DNA of 64,000 nucleotides from Nitrosopumilaceae archaeon (GCA_965203465.1 CBDBCR010000001.1:224001-288000); one strand, 5' to 3'. Positions 8,890 to 19,232 are shown, counted from the first letter of the stretch. The notes: a model not told the origin generated them from the letters alone. A program made the numbers and translations.

Positions 8890-11273
8890 CTACACCTCCA
8901 CTACGTCCACGTCCAGCTCTTTTATCGCCGAGCCGAACATCAAAAAATCGTTGTCGTCGGTGACCAGCCCCACGCTCGAGCCGCCCGAGGCGATCTTTGC
9001 CGCGATGGCCAGTATCCTGGAATCGCGCGCGCCCATCGGCGGGCCGCCGGCCAGCGGCCAGCGGCCTGCCGCCGCGCCGCTTCTTGTACGACCACTTTTC
9101 CTTGGCCTCGCGGCTCATGGCGAACCACGCCCGCCAGTACGCGCGCCTTATGCGCATGACGTCGCGCGGCCCGGCGCTGCCGGCCTCCTCGGACCAGCGG
9201 GTGCGCGGCAGGCCGTCGAGCGTGTCTTTGACGCCGTCTGTCACGCGCAGGCGGCTCGCGCGCGGCGCGTACTTTGCAAGAAAGTCGCTGTTCAACTGCC
9301 CGATGATCTCGTACCTGCACACGGCGGGTATCACGTAGCTTCCCTCCTGCAGCCTGGTCCAGAACTTTTTGCGGTGGTAGGCGAGGTTCATCCATTCGCG
9401 CACGTCGTCCTGCAAGAACGAGCGGACCAGGTGGGGCAGGGACACGTTCGTATCCACGATGCACACGTCCAGCCTCCCGTCGTCGGGCGACTGCATGTTG
9501 TAGTGCGGCTCGGGGGGCTTCCCGCGCGCCTCGCGCATCTGCTCGGCAAAGCCGGGGCCGTAGTCGGGATCGCGCGCCAGCGCGTCCAGGTACACGGACA
9601 GCGCCGTCTCGTACTGGCCCAGAAGATCCAGCGCGTACCCCTTGCAGTACGACGGCCAGCTGTCGAAACCGGATGCCTCGACTTTGGCCTCGGCGGCAAG
9701 GCCGTACATGCGGTTCGCTTCCGACGCGTCGCCGCCGTGATCGAGCGCCTGACCCATGTGGTACAGCGCGACCGCGTCGGACGGATCGGCCTTTAGCGCC
9801 TCGCCGAACGAGCGCCGCGCGTCGGCCCCGCTAGCTATCCCTATAGACCTGGAGCTGTGGTATTCGACGAGCCCCGAGAGCGTGCGCGCCCCCGGATAGA
9901 GCGGATCGGCCCCCAGTATCCTGTCCAGCAGGCGCTTGGCGTCGCGGTAGCGCTGCGCCTTTTGGCTGCGCCCCACCTCGAGCATGCCGGTCAGGCCCAG
10001 CCGGAACAGCGACATGGCGCTCCAGTACGTGGCCTCCAGGCCGCTGCCGGCCTTCTCGAAGCAGGCCTGCGCCTCCTCGTACTTTGCCAGCCCGTAGTGG
10101 GCCATCCCCCTGCAGAACTGCGCGCCGGCCCCCTGCCTGTCCGGCACCGCCAGCTCGTCGAGCGCGGCCAGCGCCTTTTCGCAGCTGCCCGGCTCGCACA
10201 GCTCTTTTGCCCTCCTTACGATCCCTTCCGCGTCGGGCAGGCGGGGCGCCGCCGGCTGTTTCTTCTTTTTGGCCCGCGGCTTTGGTTTCGGTTCGGGCTT
10301 CGGCTTCCGGGGCGCCGGCTCGGGCGCCGCCGGCCTGCGCAGGCTGTCTTCGGCCTCCCGCAGGCGCCTGCCCGATTCCTTTTCGGCGTCGGCTAGCAGC
10401 TCTGCGACGGCGGGGCTGGAGCGGTTGCGCGCCTGCGAGGCCTTTAGCGCCTTTGCGGCCTTTTGGTGCCACCGCACGTCGCCGTCGAGGCCCAGCATGT
10501 GGCACGCGAGCCCCACGTAGTACAGGCCCTCCCAGTTTTCGGATCTGCATTTGGCCGCGTTCTTGAACCAGTCCGATGCCTCGGCCTTGCCGGCTTCCTT
10601 CAGCACCTGGCCCCTGATGCACGCGGCCTTGGGATCGCCGGGGAGATCCAGCTCCTCGAGGGCCTCGGCCGTCCGGCCAAGGCGCCACATCACGACGCCC
10701 ATGCTGGCCCGCGGCGAATCCGTATCGTCGGGCTCTTGCAGCGCGGCCTCCCCGTAGTACTTTTGCGCCTCTTCGCCCTCCAGCGAGAGGGCCGCGTAAA
10801 AGAGCGCGGAAAAGCCCGCGCCCGCCTCCTTGCAGCAGCGCGCCGCCCCCCCCAGGTCGCCGGTCTCGTAGAGCGCGCGCCCCTTGGCTGCCAGCACGCG
10901 CGGATCCGATGCATCCGCGCAGCACTCGAGGGCCGCCGCGTGCATGTTCTGGCCGACGAGCGCCAGGGCCTTTACGGCGAGCGCGCCCGGCTCGCCGGGG
11001 GCTTCTCTGAGTATTTTGCCCGCCTCCGAGGCGGCCTTTGCGTGCCTGCCGGCCCGGTACAGCAGCGCGGCCTTGCGCAGGCTGGGGGGCCCGGTCGGAC
11101 TTTTGCAGGCATTCGGCGGCCTTTTCGTGCATTCCGAGCGCCTCGTACGAAGAGGCCATCGCGGCGTACCCCTCGGCCCTCAGGCCGGCAGAGGCGGCCT
11201 TTCTGCACAGCTCCACGGCCTCCTCGTGCCTGCCCTCGCCGGCGAGCTTTGCTGCCTCCTCGAGCGGTTCCAC
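8890..11273 (-). pseudogene. TPR-repeat protein with C-terminal PIN-like domain, two frameshifts
   Basis: Many TPRs; PIN motifs CIVDTNV, RYEI and, after the shift, DSRILAIA...LVTDDNDF ending at TAG 8890; shifts at the G6 run ~11084-11089 and the 7-bp duplication at 9051-9064. Confidence 0.75.
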
Positions 11274-11315
11274 GGGAGGCCGTCCGGCGGCGGCTCTATT
11301 AGGCTTTGATCGAGG

Positions 11316-11390
11316 CGGGCTTGAGGGGCTTCGATCCCCCGACCTGTAACTTAGGAGGCTACCGCGCTATCCATGCTGCGCCACAAGCCC
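11316..11390 (-). tRNA. tRNA-Arg(CCT)
   Basis: Cloverleaf on the minus strand: GGGCTTG/CAAGCCC acceptor, GTAGC-CTCCTAA-GTTAC anticodon arm, GGGGG-ATCGAAG-CCCCT T arm; TTTAAATA upstream. Confidence 0.92.
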
Positions 11391-11414
11391 GCCGGGCGGG
11401 CCCGCCGTAATTAT

Positions 11415-12113
11415 TTAAAGCCTAGCCGGTTCCCACTTTTCGTAGTTCACCACGTCCTCCAGCTTCAGCCTGGGGAGCCAGCCGGCCCTCTCCAGGTCGG
11501 GCTTTTCGGCGAACTCCTCGACGTACCCCAGGCACAGGTACGCGACGGGCACCACGCGCTCTGGGATCCCCAGAACCTCGCGCAGCACGTCGTTGGACAG
11601 TATGCTGACCCACCCCACCCCGACCCCCTCGGCGCGCGCGGCCAACCACAGGTTCTGCACCGCGCAGCAGACGCTGTACAGGCCGGCCTCGGGCACGGCG
11701 CTTCTGCCTATCACGAACGGGCCGAACCGCGACGGATCGTAGGTCACGCAGACGTTGAGCGGCGATTCCAGTATCCCCTCCAGCTTCAGCGAGAGGTACT
11801 CGGACCTGCGCGGCTCCTCTACCAGGCCGGCCGAGCGCTCCAGCTCGGCCTCGAAGCTGCGCTTGACGGCGCGCCGCGTCTCCGGGCTCCGTATCAGGAC
11901 AAAGTTCCACGGCTGGGAAAAGCCGACCGACGGGGCGTGGTGCGCGGCCTCCAGTATCCTTTTCAGCACCTCCTCGGGCACCTGCCTCGGGGTGAACCGG
12001 GACCGCACGTCGCGCCTGGTGAATATGGCCTTGTAGAGGCCCTCGCGCTCCTCGGGTGCAAAGTCCAACGGGGCCCCGGGGCCGTCAAAGGTTAATAATG
12101 TCTCTGCCCCCAC
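11415..12113 (-). CDS. bluB: 5,6-dimethylbenzimidazole synthase (nitroreductase fold)
   Basis: YKAIFTRRDVR, AHHAPSVGFSQPWNF, AVQNLWLAARAEGVGVGWVS. Confidence 0.92.
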   Translation of the reverse strand: MGAETLLTFDGPGAPLDFAPEEREGLYKAIFTRRDVRSRFTPRQVPEEVLKRILEAAHHAPSVGFSQPWNFVLIRSPETRRAVKRSFEAELERSAGLVEEPRRSEYLSLKLEGILESPLNVCVTYDPSRFGPFVIGRSAVPEAGLYSVCCAVQNLWLAARAEGVGVGWVSILSNDVLREVLGIPERVVPVAYLCLGYVEEFAEKPDLERAGWLPRLKLEDVVNYEKWEPARL

Positions 12114-12123
12114 GCCCGGCGCT

Positions 12124-12197
12124 GGGCCGGTAGTCTAGTTGGTTAGGATACCGCCTCGACACGGCGGTGATCGTGAGTTCGAATCTCTCTCGGCCCA
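12124..12197 (+). tRNA. tRNA-Val(GAC)
   Basis: GGGCCGG/TCGGCCC acceptor, CCGCC-TCGACAC-GGCGG anticodon arm, GTGAG-TTCGAAT-CTCTC T arm (one mismatch). Confidence 0.9.
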
Positions 12198-12204
12198 TCC
12201 CAGC

Positions 12205-14604
12205 CTACCTGCACTCCTTGCACTTTTGCGGCAGCTGCGAATGGTCTCCGCTCTCTATGCACTCCGCCAAAAACTGGTCGGCGCCGTATATCCCGAACGT
12301 CTCCTTTACGGATTCGAGGTCGGCGCAGCTTGCCCCGCACTCGGCGCACGCGTACGCGCGCATCTTTTCCTCCGGGACCTGCGGGGCCGGCTCGGGCTCG
12401 GCCGGCCCGACCCACTCGGCGTTTTTCTGCGGCTTCCAGGGCTTCCAGTACTCGCGGAACACCTTCCAGCCCATCTCCTTCATGGAGGCGTCGGTGGTGC
12501 CGTGCAGCTGGAAGTTGTCGTCCATGTCCACTATGAGCATGTTCTCGGTGCCGCCGCTCTTGGTCCCGCGCATGCCGCGCCCTATCATCTGCGTGTACAG
12601 CAGCGTGCTCTTGACGGGCCTGCCCACGAAGACGCAGTCCACGTTGGGCGCGTCGAAGCCGGCGGTCAGCACGTCGTAGTTGCACAGCACCTCCAGGTCG
12701 CCGGACCGGAACATCTCGACGGTCTTTACGCGCGTGTCCATGTCTATCTTGGAATCCACGTAGCCGGACCTCATCCCGTACAGCGTGCGCAGAAACATGG
12801 ACATCTGGCGCGAGTGCTCCACGCTGCACGCGAAGAACAGGATCTTTTTGCGCCCCCCCTCCTCGCACAGCTGGCGCACGTTGTCCAGCATTATGCGGTT
12901 GCGCTCGTAGTTCTGCCCTATGGCCTTGAGGGTGTCCCTGGCGAACTCGCCGAACTTTTCCATGTGCCGCGTCTCCTGGGCGCTCAGCTCTATGTCGCGC
13001 GAGGGCAGCACCTTGTGGTGCACGTCGCACAGTATCTTGCGGCGCACCAGCTTGGCGAACAGGTCCTTCTGCATGCGCTCGGGCGGCACGTCGTAGACCC
13101 GCGCCTCGTTGACGGTTATGAGGGCCTCGGCCGAATCGGCGTCCCCGTCGTTGTCGGTTATGGCCAGCGTTATCCTGTACGAGCCGGGCTCGTCGAAGCG
13201 GTGCGTGACGTTCTTGGATCTGTACTCGACGGGCTCGCCGACCTCCTTGCCCTTCCTCTGCCGCACGATGGTCCAGATGTACCCGTCCTCGCCTATGAAG
13301 CCGTCCCTGTCGTACGAGCGGTCGCCCATCATCATGACGTCCTCGCCCACCGAGGCGCGCATCTGGCAGTCTATGATGGCGCGCGGGCTGAAGTTGTTGA
13401 ACTCCGGCGGCGTGGCTATGGTGGGGAAATGCACGCCGTTGAGGCGCCGCGCCAGCCGCTCGGTCTCGGCGCCGCTGCCGGCGCCGCGGAACGGCGTGGC
13501 CGTCAGGCCCAGCAGAACGATGCCCTTTTCGGATATCTCTTTTTTGCGGTTGTCCCAGTTGAAGCCCATCTCGCGCAGCACCGCCGAGTACGAGTCGGCC
13601 GTGACGTGGTGGGCCTCGTCTACCACGACGCACGAGGTCAGCGCGGCCAGCCTGGCCAGCTGTGCCTTTTCGCCCGTGTATATCTTGTACAGGGACTGTA
13701 TGGTGGCCACGATGACGCCCTTTTCGTCGAGCAGCTCCTCCATGTCCATCTGGGGCAGCTCGCCTCCGGGCCCCCAGAAGCGGTGCAGGCGCAGCGTGGT
13801 GCCCCTGCGCCCGCGCGATTCAAAGACGGTCCGGAACGTGCTGAACGCCTGCTCGCACAGCTCGTGGGACTGGGCCACCCAGAGCACGAACTTTGAATCG
13901 CGCTGCTGCGGGTCCTCCGAGGGCTTGCCGTCGTTGAACCAGTTTACGAGGGCCTCGACGGTCATGCGGGTCTTGCCCGAGCCGGTCGGCACCGCTATCA
14001 GCTTGCGCTTTACGGGCCTGCCGTCCTCGGCGGCGGTCCCGTCGAGCATGCCGCGTATCAGCAGGCCCGTCGAGTGCTGGTAGTCGTACAGCGGGTTGAG
14101 CGGCGTGTACGGCTCGACCGCCTCGGTGCTGGGCAGCTGCTCGGCGTGCTCCTTTTCGGCGACCGACGGGGGCAGGCCCAGCACCGCTGCCAGCGCCAGG
14201 CAGAGCCGGTTGCTCATGTCCAGCGCGGCGATCTCCTCTATCGACGAGGCTTTTTTGCGCTGCGGGGACGAGGCGCGGACCGCCCCGAGCACGGCCTCGT
14301 CGGGGACCAGCTTTTTGGAAGAGACGGTCTGCAGCATCAGCTCCAGGAACAGCCTGCGCTTCTGCGGGCTGTTTTCGATGTTGCGCAGGAACCGCGGGCC
14401 CACTATGTCGTAGACGACCTCGGCGAGCCTCCCGTGCGTGGAGATCTTTTCGCCGTGGTCGGCGAATATCTGTATGACGCCGGGGTTTATCTGCGAGAGT
14501 ATCTGCGAGAGCTCGTCGCGCGTCCACCACTCCTTGAACCTCGCGATGCAGGCGGAGCGCGCCGCCGCCTCCTCGAGATCGCTGCTTCCGGTGCTCCGGC
14601 CCAC
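12205..14604 (-). CDS. SF2 (SSL2/ResIII-like) DEAH helicase with inserted PKD domain and C-terminal Zn finger
   Basis: PTGSGKT, DEAHH, GLTATP, AGFDAP, QMIGRGMRG; PKD-like insert (GDRSYDRDG..YIW..VTHRFDEPGSYRITLAITDNDG); CAEC...CKEC tail. Confidence 0.9.
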   Translation of the reverse strand: MGRSTGSSDLEEAAARSACIARFKEWWTRDELSQILSQINPGVIQIFADHGEKISTHGRLAEVVYDIVGPRFLRNIENSPQKRRLFLELMLQTVSSKKLVPDEAVLGAVRASSPQRKKASSIEEIAALDMSNRLCLALAAVLGLPPSVAEKEHAEQLPSTEAVEPYTPLNPLYDYQHSTGLLIRGMLDGTAAEDGRPVKRKLIAVPTGSGKTRMTVEALVNWFNDGKPSEDPQQRDSKFVLWVAQSHELCEQAFSTFRTVFESRGRRGTTLRLHRFWGPGGELPQMDMEELLDEKGVIVATIQSLYKIYTGEKAQLARLAALTSCVVVDEAHHVTADSYSAVLREMGFNWDNRKKEISEKGIVLLGLTATPFRGAGSGAETERLARRLNGVHFPTIATPPEFNNFSPRAIIDCQMRASVGEDVMMMGDRSYDRDGFIGEDGYIWTIVRQRKGKEVGEPVEYRSKNVTHRFDEPGSYRITLAITDNDGDADSAEALITVNEARVYDVPPERMQKDLFAKLVRRKILCDVHHKVLPSRDIELSAQETRHMEKFGEFARDTLKAIGQNYERNRIMLDNVRQLCEEGGRKKILFFACSVEHSRQMSMFLRTLYGMRSGYVDSKIDMDTRVKTVEMFRSGDLEVLCNYDVLTAGFDAPNVDCVFVGRPVKSTLLYTQMIGRGMRGTKSGGTENMLIVDMDDNFQLHGTTDASMKEMGWKVFREYWKPWKPQKNAEWVGPAEPEPAPQVPEEKMRAYACAECGASCADLESVKETFGIYGADQFLAECIESGDHSQLPQKCKECR

Positions 14605-14634
14605 GCCGGCAAAGCCGGGCCGCTCATTGATAAG

Positions 14635-15135
14635 TCAACCGCCCCAGAGGCCCGCGTCGAGCGCGGCGGCCAAGAACAGCACGGCCACCGATATCGCCAC
14701 GGCGGCCTCGCCCAGCACTATTATCCTGCGGCGCAGCGACTGCAGGGCCGCGCCGGACAGCCTGCCCGATTCTACGTCCCTCATGGTCTTCTCGCCGAGC
14801 AGCCGCACGTGGACGGCAAAGACCGCCACCAGCGCGACCACCAGGGCTATCTTGACCGACAGGTACGCCCCGTACTCGCTCGAAAGCAGGGCCGGCTCCG
14901 AGACGAACGCGCGCGCGCTGTACGCCCCGGTGCCGATGAGCACGGCCAGCGAGGGCAGCGCCAGCAGGTTGAAGCGCCTGCCGACCATCACCATGAGGCG
15001 CATGCGCTCGGCGGGCGTCTGGCATATCTTCTTGAGCAGGGGGGCCAGCACGGCCCCGATGAATATGGAGCCGCCCACCCATATGCAGGCTGCCAGCAGG
15101 TGGGCCCAGACAAGCAGCGTCTGCTCGGCGCCCAT
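14635..15135 (-). CDS. CopD-family / DUF4149-like membrane protein
   Basis: HLLAACIWVGGSIF motif; four TM helices. Confidence 0.75.
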   Translation of the reverse strand: MGAEQTLLVWAHLLAACIWVGGSIFIGAVLAPLLKKICQTPAERMRLMVMVGRRFNLLALPSLAVLIGTGAYSARAFVSEPALLSSEYGAYLSVKIALVVALVAVFAVHVRLLGEKTMRDVESGRLSGAALQSLRRRIIVLGEAAVAISVAVLFLAAALDAGLWGG

Positions 15136-15209
15136 GGCCGCGCGCGCCCCGGTTTCGTTATAATTGAACCCGGCAACGTTTTTTAGTCGTACGCGGGGTT
15201 TCACGTCGC

Positions 15210-15686
15210 TTGGAGTTGCAGCGCAGGGCCACCGTCTATGCCGCCATAGGGGGGGTGCTGGCCCTCATGGGGGCCATCGTGCTGTACGCCTCGCAGGACA
15301 ACCCGCAGCTCGAGATGGTCGGCGTGGAGCTGGCCGGAGTCGAGGTCATGCCGGGCGGCCAGGACGGCAAACTCCGCCTGGAATCGACGTTCCTCGTCTC
15401 CAACCCCAGCGAGACGACGTTCACAGTCTCGCTCATCACCTACGACCTCTTCGCCAACGGGGCCCTTGCGGCCTCGGGACAGTACTCGACGGCCGACATC
15501 GCCATGCCGGGGCGCGCCGTGTTCTATCCGGGGGCCGAGATACCGCTGACTACGATATCGGTGGTCGAGCGCGAGGCGCTGGGCGCCGCGCTCTACGATT
15601 CGCTGGGCTCGGCCTCGTTCCGCGCGGAGGGCGTCATCACGGCAGAGTCGGCCTGGAGCATAGTCGAAAAGGACTTCAGCACCTGA
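15210..15686 (+). CDS. LEA-2-like membrane-anchored protein
   Basis: N-terminal TM; FLVSNPS...ITYDLFANG. Confidence 0.7.
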   Translation: MELQRRATVYAAIGGVLALMGAIVLYASQDNPQLEMVGVELAGVEVMPGGQDGKLRLESTFLVSNPSETTFTVSLITYDLFANGALAASGQYSTADIAMPGRAVFYPGAEIPLTTISVVEREALGAALYDSLGSASFRAEGVITAESAWSIVEKDFST

Positions 15687-16662
15687 CCCCGCGCACGCGG
15701 ATCTGGTAGCCGCCCTTTACCCTGGCGGCGCCGTACCTGCACCCCGTCATGCGCGAGGCGGTCTCGAGCGCCGTCTGCAGGTGCGGCGTTATGCGGCGCA
15801 CCGTCCACGAGCTGGTCCCCTCGGCGACGCTGGCAGGCAGAACCAGCATGTCCGAGAGGTTCTCGTCTACCGACGCGCACCCGAGCAGCTCCGCGGCCAC
15901 GGGGCCGAACCCGCCGTCCCACAGGGAGTCGGCGCCGGCGGCGCACCCGCTTCCGGAGGCCGACGCGACCAGCGAGCCGCCGGAGCCGCCGCAGCGCTCG
16001 GCGCGCACCGAGACGGGCAGGCCGGTCTTGCGCAGCTCGTCGGCCGCCGCGCGCGCCTCTTCTTCGGCGCCGCGTATGCCAGAGTGCGCGCAGGAGACGG
16101 AGAACCTTTCGGCCTCGCCGTCGAACGAGGCCGCCGAGGCGCCCCCCGGCTCTGCGCGCGCCTCCATTATCCCGCCGCCCTTGGGATAGTGCCCGCGCCG
16201 CCTCGTCCGGACCGAGACGGACACGCCGAAGCGGCGCAGCGCCGGGGCGAAGACGTCGCGCATATAGTCGGCGGCCGGGCTCCAGGGCACGTCGGTGCCG
16301 CCCCGTATCTCGAAGGAGGCGCGCCTGCCCGAGAGCGCCGCTGCCGGCAGCGCGGCCTGTAGTATCAGCGGCACGCTGCCGGCGGTCCCCACGCTCTCCG
16401 ATACGGACTCCTCGCCCTCCCCGCCCGGCTCGAAGAGCACCTCGCGCGAGTCGATCCGGGCGCCTTTCGTCCGGGCGCCGCACGCGCGCGCGAGCACCCT
16501 GAGGGCCGCCGCGTGCTGCGCGCCGAGGCCCGGCCTTTTCCTGCCCGCCCTGATGTCGGTTATCCTGACCGGCGAGCCCGAGACCGCCGAGAGCGCCGCC
16601 GAGAGGCGCAGCACCTGCCCGCCGCCCTCCCCCGAGCTTCCGTCTATGAGGATCGGATCCAA
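15676..16662 (-). CDS. rtcA: RNA 3'-terminal phosphate cyclase
   Basis: IDGSSGEGGGQVLR, IRAGRKRPGL, RGHYPKGGG, TPHLQT. Confidence 0.92.
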   Translation of the reverse strand: MDPILIDGSSGEGGGQVLRLSAALSAVSGSPVRITDIRAGRKRPGLGAQHAAALRVLARACGARTKGARIDSREVLFEPGGEGEESVSESVGTAGSVPLILQAALPAAALSGRRASFEIRGGTDVPWSPAADYMRDVFAPALRRFGVSVSVRTRRRGHYPKGGGIMEARAEPGGASAASFDGEAERFSVSCAHSGIRGAEEEARAAADELRKTGLPVSVRAERCGGSGGSLVASASGSGCAAGADSLWDGGFGPVAAELLGCASVDENLSDMLVLPASVAEGTSSWTVRRITPHLQTALETASRMTGCRYGAARVKGGYQIRVRGVRC

Positions 16663-16715
16663 CGCCGCGGCTCCCCCGCGCCATGCTTTATAGATCCCCG
16701 CCCGGATCCGGCTCC

Positions 16716-17219
16716 GTGGACGGGTTTTTGGTGGGGCGCTTCCAGCCGTTCCACCTGGGGCACCTGCACGCGGTGCGCTACGCGCTGGCCCGGACCGCCC
16801 GCCTGCACGTGGGGATAGGAAGCTCGGACGCGCCGCCCGACGCGCGCAACCCGTTCACCGCCGCCGAGCGGCGCCGGATGATACTCGGCTCCGTAAGATC
16901 CGAACGGCTGGGCGTCTTTGACATACCCGACTGCGGGAACCACTCGCGCTGGGCCGACCAGGTGTCCGAGATCGTGCCCGCCTTTCAGGCGGTGTTCACC
17001 AACGACGCCATGACGCGCCGCGTCTACGAGCGGCGCGGGACGGCCGTGCTGCCGGTGCCGTTCCAGGACAGGGGGAACCTGTCGGGAACGCGGGTGCGGG
17101 AGCTGATGGCCTCGGGGGGCGACTGGAGGCCGCTGGTGCCGGAAGGCTCGCGCGCGGTCCTCGAAGAGATCGGCGCCGAGGGGAGGCTGCGCCGGAGCTG
17201 GCACCAGCCGAGTCTCTAG
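16716..17219 (+). CDS. nadM: Nicotinamide-nucleotide adenylyltransferase
   Basis: GRFQPFHLGH, NPFTAAER, SGTRVRE. Confidence 0.9.
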   Translation: MDGFLVGRFQPFHLGHLHAVRYALARTARLHVGIGSSDAPPDARNPFTAAERRRMILGSVRSERLGVFDIPDCGNHSRWADQVSEIVPAFQAVFTNDAMTRRVYERRGTAVLPVPFQDRGNLSGTRVRELMASGGDWRPLVPEGSRAVLEEIGAEGRLRRSWHQPSL

Positions 17220-17249
17220 TTATAAATAAACCCGCGGGCGGGGGGCCGC

Positions 17250-18398
17250 GTGGAGTACCTCGCCATGCTGCCTGGCCCGACCAACGTGCCCAACCGCGTC
17301 ATGCGCGCCATGCTGGCGCCGATGATAAACCACCGCAGCGCCGACTTTGTAGAGCTGTACACCGACGTGGTCGAAAAGACAAAGCGCGTATTCGAGACGC
17401 AGAGCGACGTGGTCGCGCTTTCGGCCTCGGGCACCGGCGCCGTCGAGGCCGGCGTAGTGAACTTGGTAGGCAAGGACGACAAGGTCATAGTGCCAGTCAA
17501 CGGCGAGTTCAGCGGCAGGCTGGCGCAGCTCATCGAGTGGCGCGGCGCGCGCACCGTCCGCATAGAGACGCCGCCGGGGCAGAACGCCACGCTCGACCAG
17601 GTGCGCGAGGCCTTCGACAACAACCCCGACGTAAAGGCGTTCTACGTGGTGCACAACGAGACCTCGACGGGCACGATGGTAAAGTACCTGGACCGCATAA
17701 GCGATCTTACGTCCCGCAACGACGCGTTCTACGTGGTCGATTCGGTCTCGCTGCTCGGCGGGGCCCCGCTCAGGGTGGACAAGTGGGGCGTGGACGTGTG
17801 CATGACCGGCGGCCAGAAGGCGATCGCCGCGCCGCCGGGCGTATCGCCCATATCGGTCAGCCCGCGCGCAAGGAAGCACATGGAGGCAAACCCGCCGCCG
17901 ACGCTTTACTTCAACCTGGCCCGGTACTTCAAGTACTACGACGAGTCGCGCCACACCCCGTTCACGCCGGCGCTGCCCATAATGTACGCGTACCGCGAGG
18001 CGCTCTCCATACTCTTGGAGGAGGGCCTCGAGAACGTCTTTGCGAGGCACAGCGCCTGCTCCGAGGCGCTTTATTCGGGCCTGAGCGGGCTGGGGCTGAC
18101 GCCGTTCGCGCGCGAGGAGGACCGCTCCGTGTCCATCGTGGCGCTAAACTACCTGGCCGGGCTCGACGACAAGGAGTTCCGCGGCACGCTAGCCGAAAAG
18201 TTCAAGGTCCTGGTGGCCGGCGGGTTCGGCGACCTAAAGGGCAAGGTGTTCCGCGTCGGGTGCATGGGAGAGGTGGGCCCGTACCACGTCATGCGCACCG
18301 TCTCTTCGATAGCTTCGACCCTGGCCATGATGGGCCACGCCGCCGACGCGCGGGCCGGCCTGTCGGCCGCGGAAAAGCACCTGTCCCGCCTAACTTAA
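17250..18398 (+). CDS. Class V aminotransferase (alanine-glyoxylate / serine-pyruvate type)
   Basis: MLPGPTNV, VHNETSTG, VDSVS, GGQKAIAAPPG. Confidence 0.92.
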   Translation: MEYLAMLPGPTNVPNRVMRAMLAPMINHRSADFVELYTDVVEKTKRVFETQSDVVALSASGTGAVEAGVVNLVGKDDKVIVPVNGEFSGRLAQLIEWRGARTVRIETPPGQNATLDQVREAFDNNPDVKAFYVVHNETSTGTMVKYLDRISDLTSRNDAFYVVDSVSLLGGAPLRVDKWGVDVCMTGGQKAIAAPPGVSPISVSPRARKHMEANPPPTLYFNLARYFKYYDESRHTPFTPALPIMYAYREALSILLEEGLENVFARHSACSEALYSGLSGLGLTPFAREEDRSVSIVALNYLAGLDDKEFRGTLAEKFKVLVAGGFGDLKGKVFRVGCMGEVGPYHVMRTVSSIASTLAMMGHAADARAGLSAAEKHLSRLT

Positions 18399-18425
18399 TA
18401 TTGGGAGATCGGGGCCGCGCGCGCG

Positions 18426-19232
18426 TTGGCTTTTGCAAAGGGCTCGCTCGTCGTCGTCGATTACACGGGGCGCACCAAGGACGGCGAGGTCTTCGACACC
18501 ACGCGCGCCGAGGACGCGGCAAAGGCGGGCCTGCCGTCCGACAAAAAATACGCGCCGATGCTCGTCTCGGTAGGCGCCGGCTGGGTGCTAAAGGGCCTCG
18601 ACGAGGCGCTCGAGGGGGCCGAGCTGGACAAGGAGGTGACCGTGGAGGTGCCGCCGGCCAAGGGGTTCGGCGAAGTCTCGTATTCCAAGATCCGCGTCAT
18701 GCGCTCGCGCAAGCTGGGCGACGAGGAGGAAAAGGCCTCGGTGGGCGACCGCGTCGAGATAGACGGCAAGTCAGGGACCATCAGGCACATGGGCTCGGGC
18801 CGCGTAAAGGTGGACTTTAACCACCGGCACGCCGGCAAGACGCTCGTCTACGACATCCGCGTCCTGCGCGCCGTCGAGACCGACGGGGACAAGGTCGAGG
18901 CGCTGCTCGACAGGCACCTTCCGGACAGGGAGGACCACGCGCACGACGACGGCGTTCTGTCCCTGCACGTCTCGGACTACTACGCGACCCCGGCCGTAAA
19001 GCAGGCGGCCCGCATCGAGATATTCAGGCTGGTCCCGTCGGTGCGCATGATCAAATTCATCGACGCGCACACCAACCCCAACTTCAAGCCCGCCGAGGCG
19101 CCTCCCGCCGAGGGCGCATCCGCCGAAGTGGGCCCCGAGCCGAGGGCCGAGGCGCCCCCCGAGCCGGCCGGATCCGCCGAGGGAAGCCCGGAGCCGGGTG
19201 CCGGGCGCGAAAAGGAACTGGCCCCCGGCTAG
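18426..19232 (+). CDS. FKBP-type peptidyl-prolyl isomerase (archaeal long SlyD-like)
   Basis: VDYTGR..DGEVFDTT, VDFNHRHAGKTLVY. Confidence 0.9.
   Translation: MAFAKGSLVVVDYTGRTKDGEVFDTTRAEDAAKAGLPSDKKYAPMLVSVGAGWVLKGLDEALEGAELDKEVTVEVPPAKGFGEVSYSKIRVMRSRKLGDEEEKASVGDRVEIDGKSGTIRHMGSGRVKVDFNHRHAGKTLVYDIRVLRAVETDGDKVEALLDRHLPDREDHAHDDGVLSLHVSDYYATPAVKQAARIEIFRLVPSVRMIKFIDAHTNPNFKPAEAPPAEGASAEVGPEPRAEAPPEPAGSAEGSPEPGAGREKELAPG

Noticed and set aside
11316-11390. Atypical T-loop (ATCGAAG) suggesting a pseudo-tRNA
   Set aside because: All arms pair and a promoter is present; from recall this T-loop variant occurs in thaumarchaeal tRNAs
6752-12205. tRNA-anchored integrated element (att sites) at tRNA-Arg or tRNA-Val
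   Set aside because: No duplicated tRNA 3' end and no integrase seen in the window
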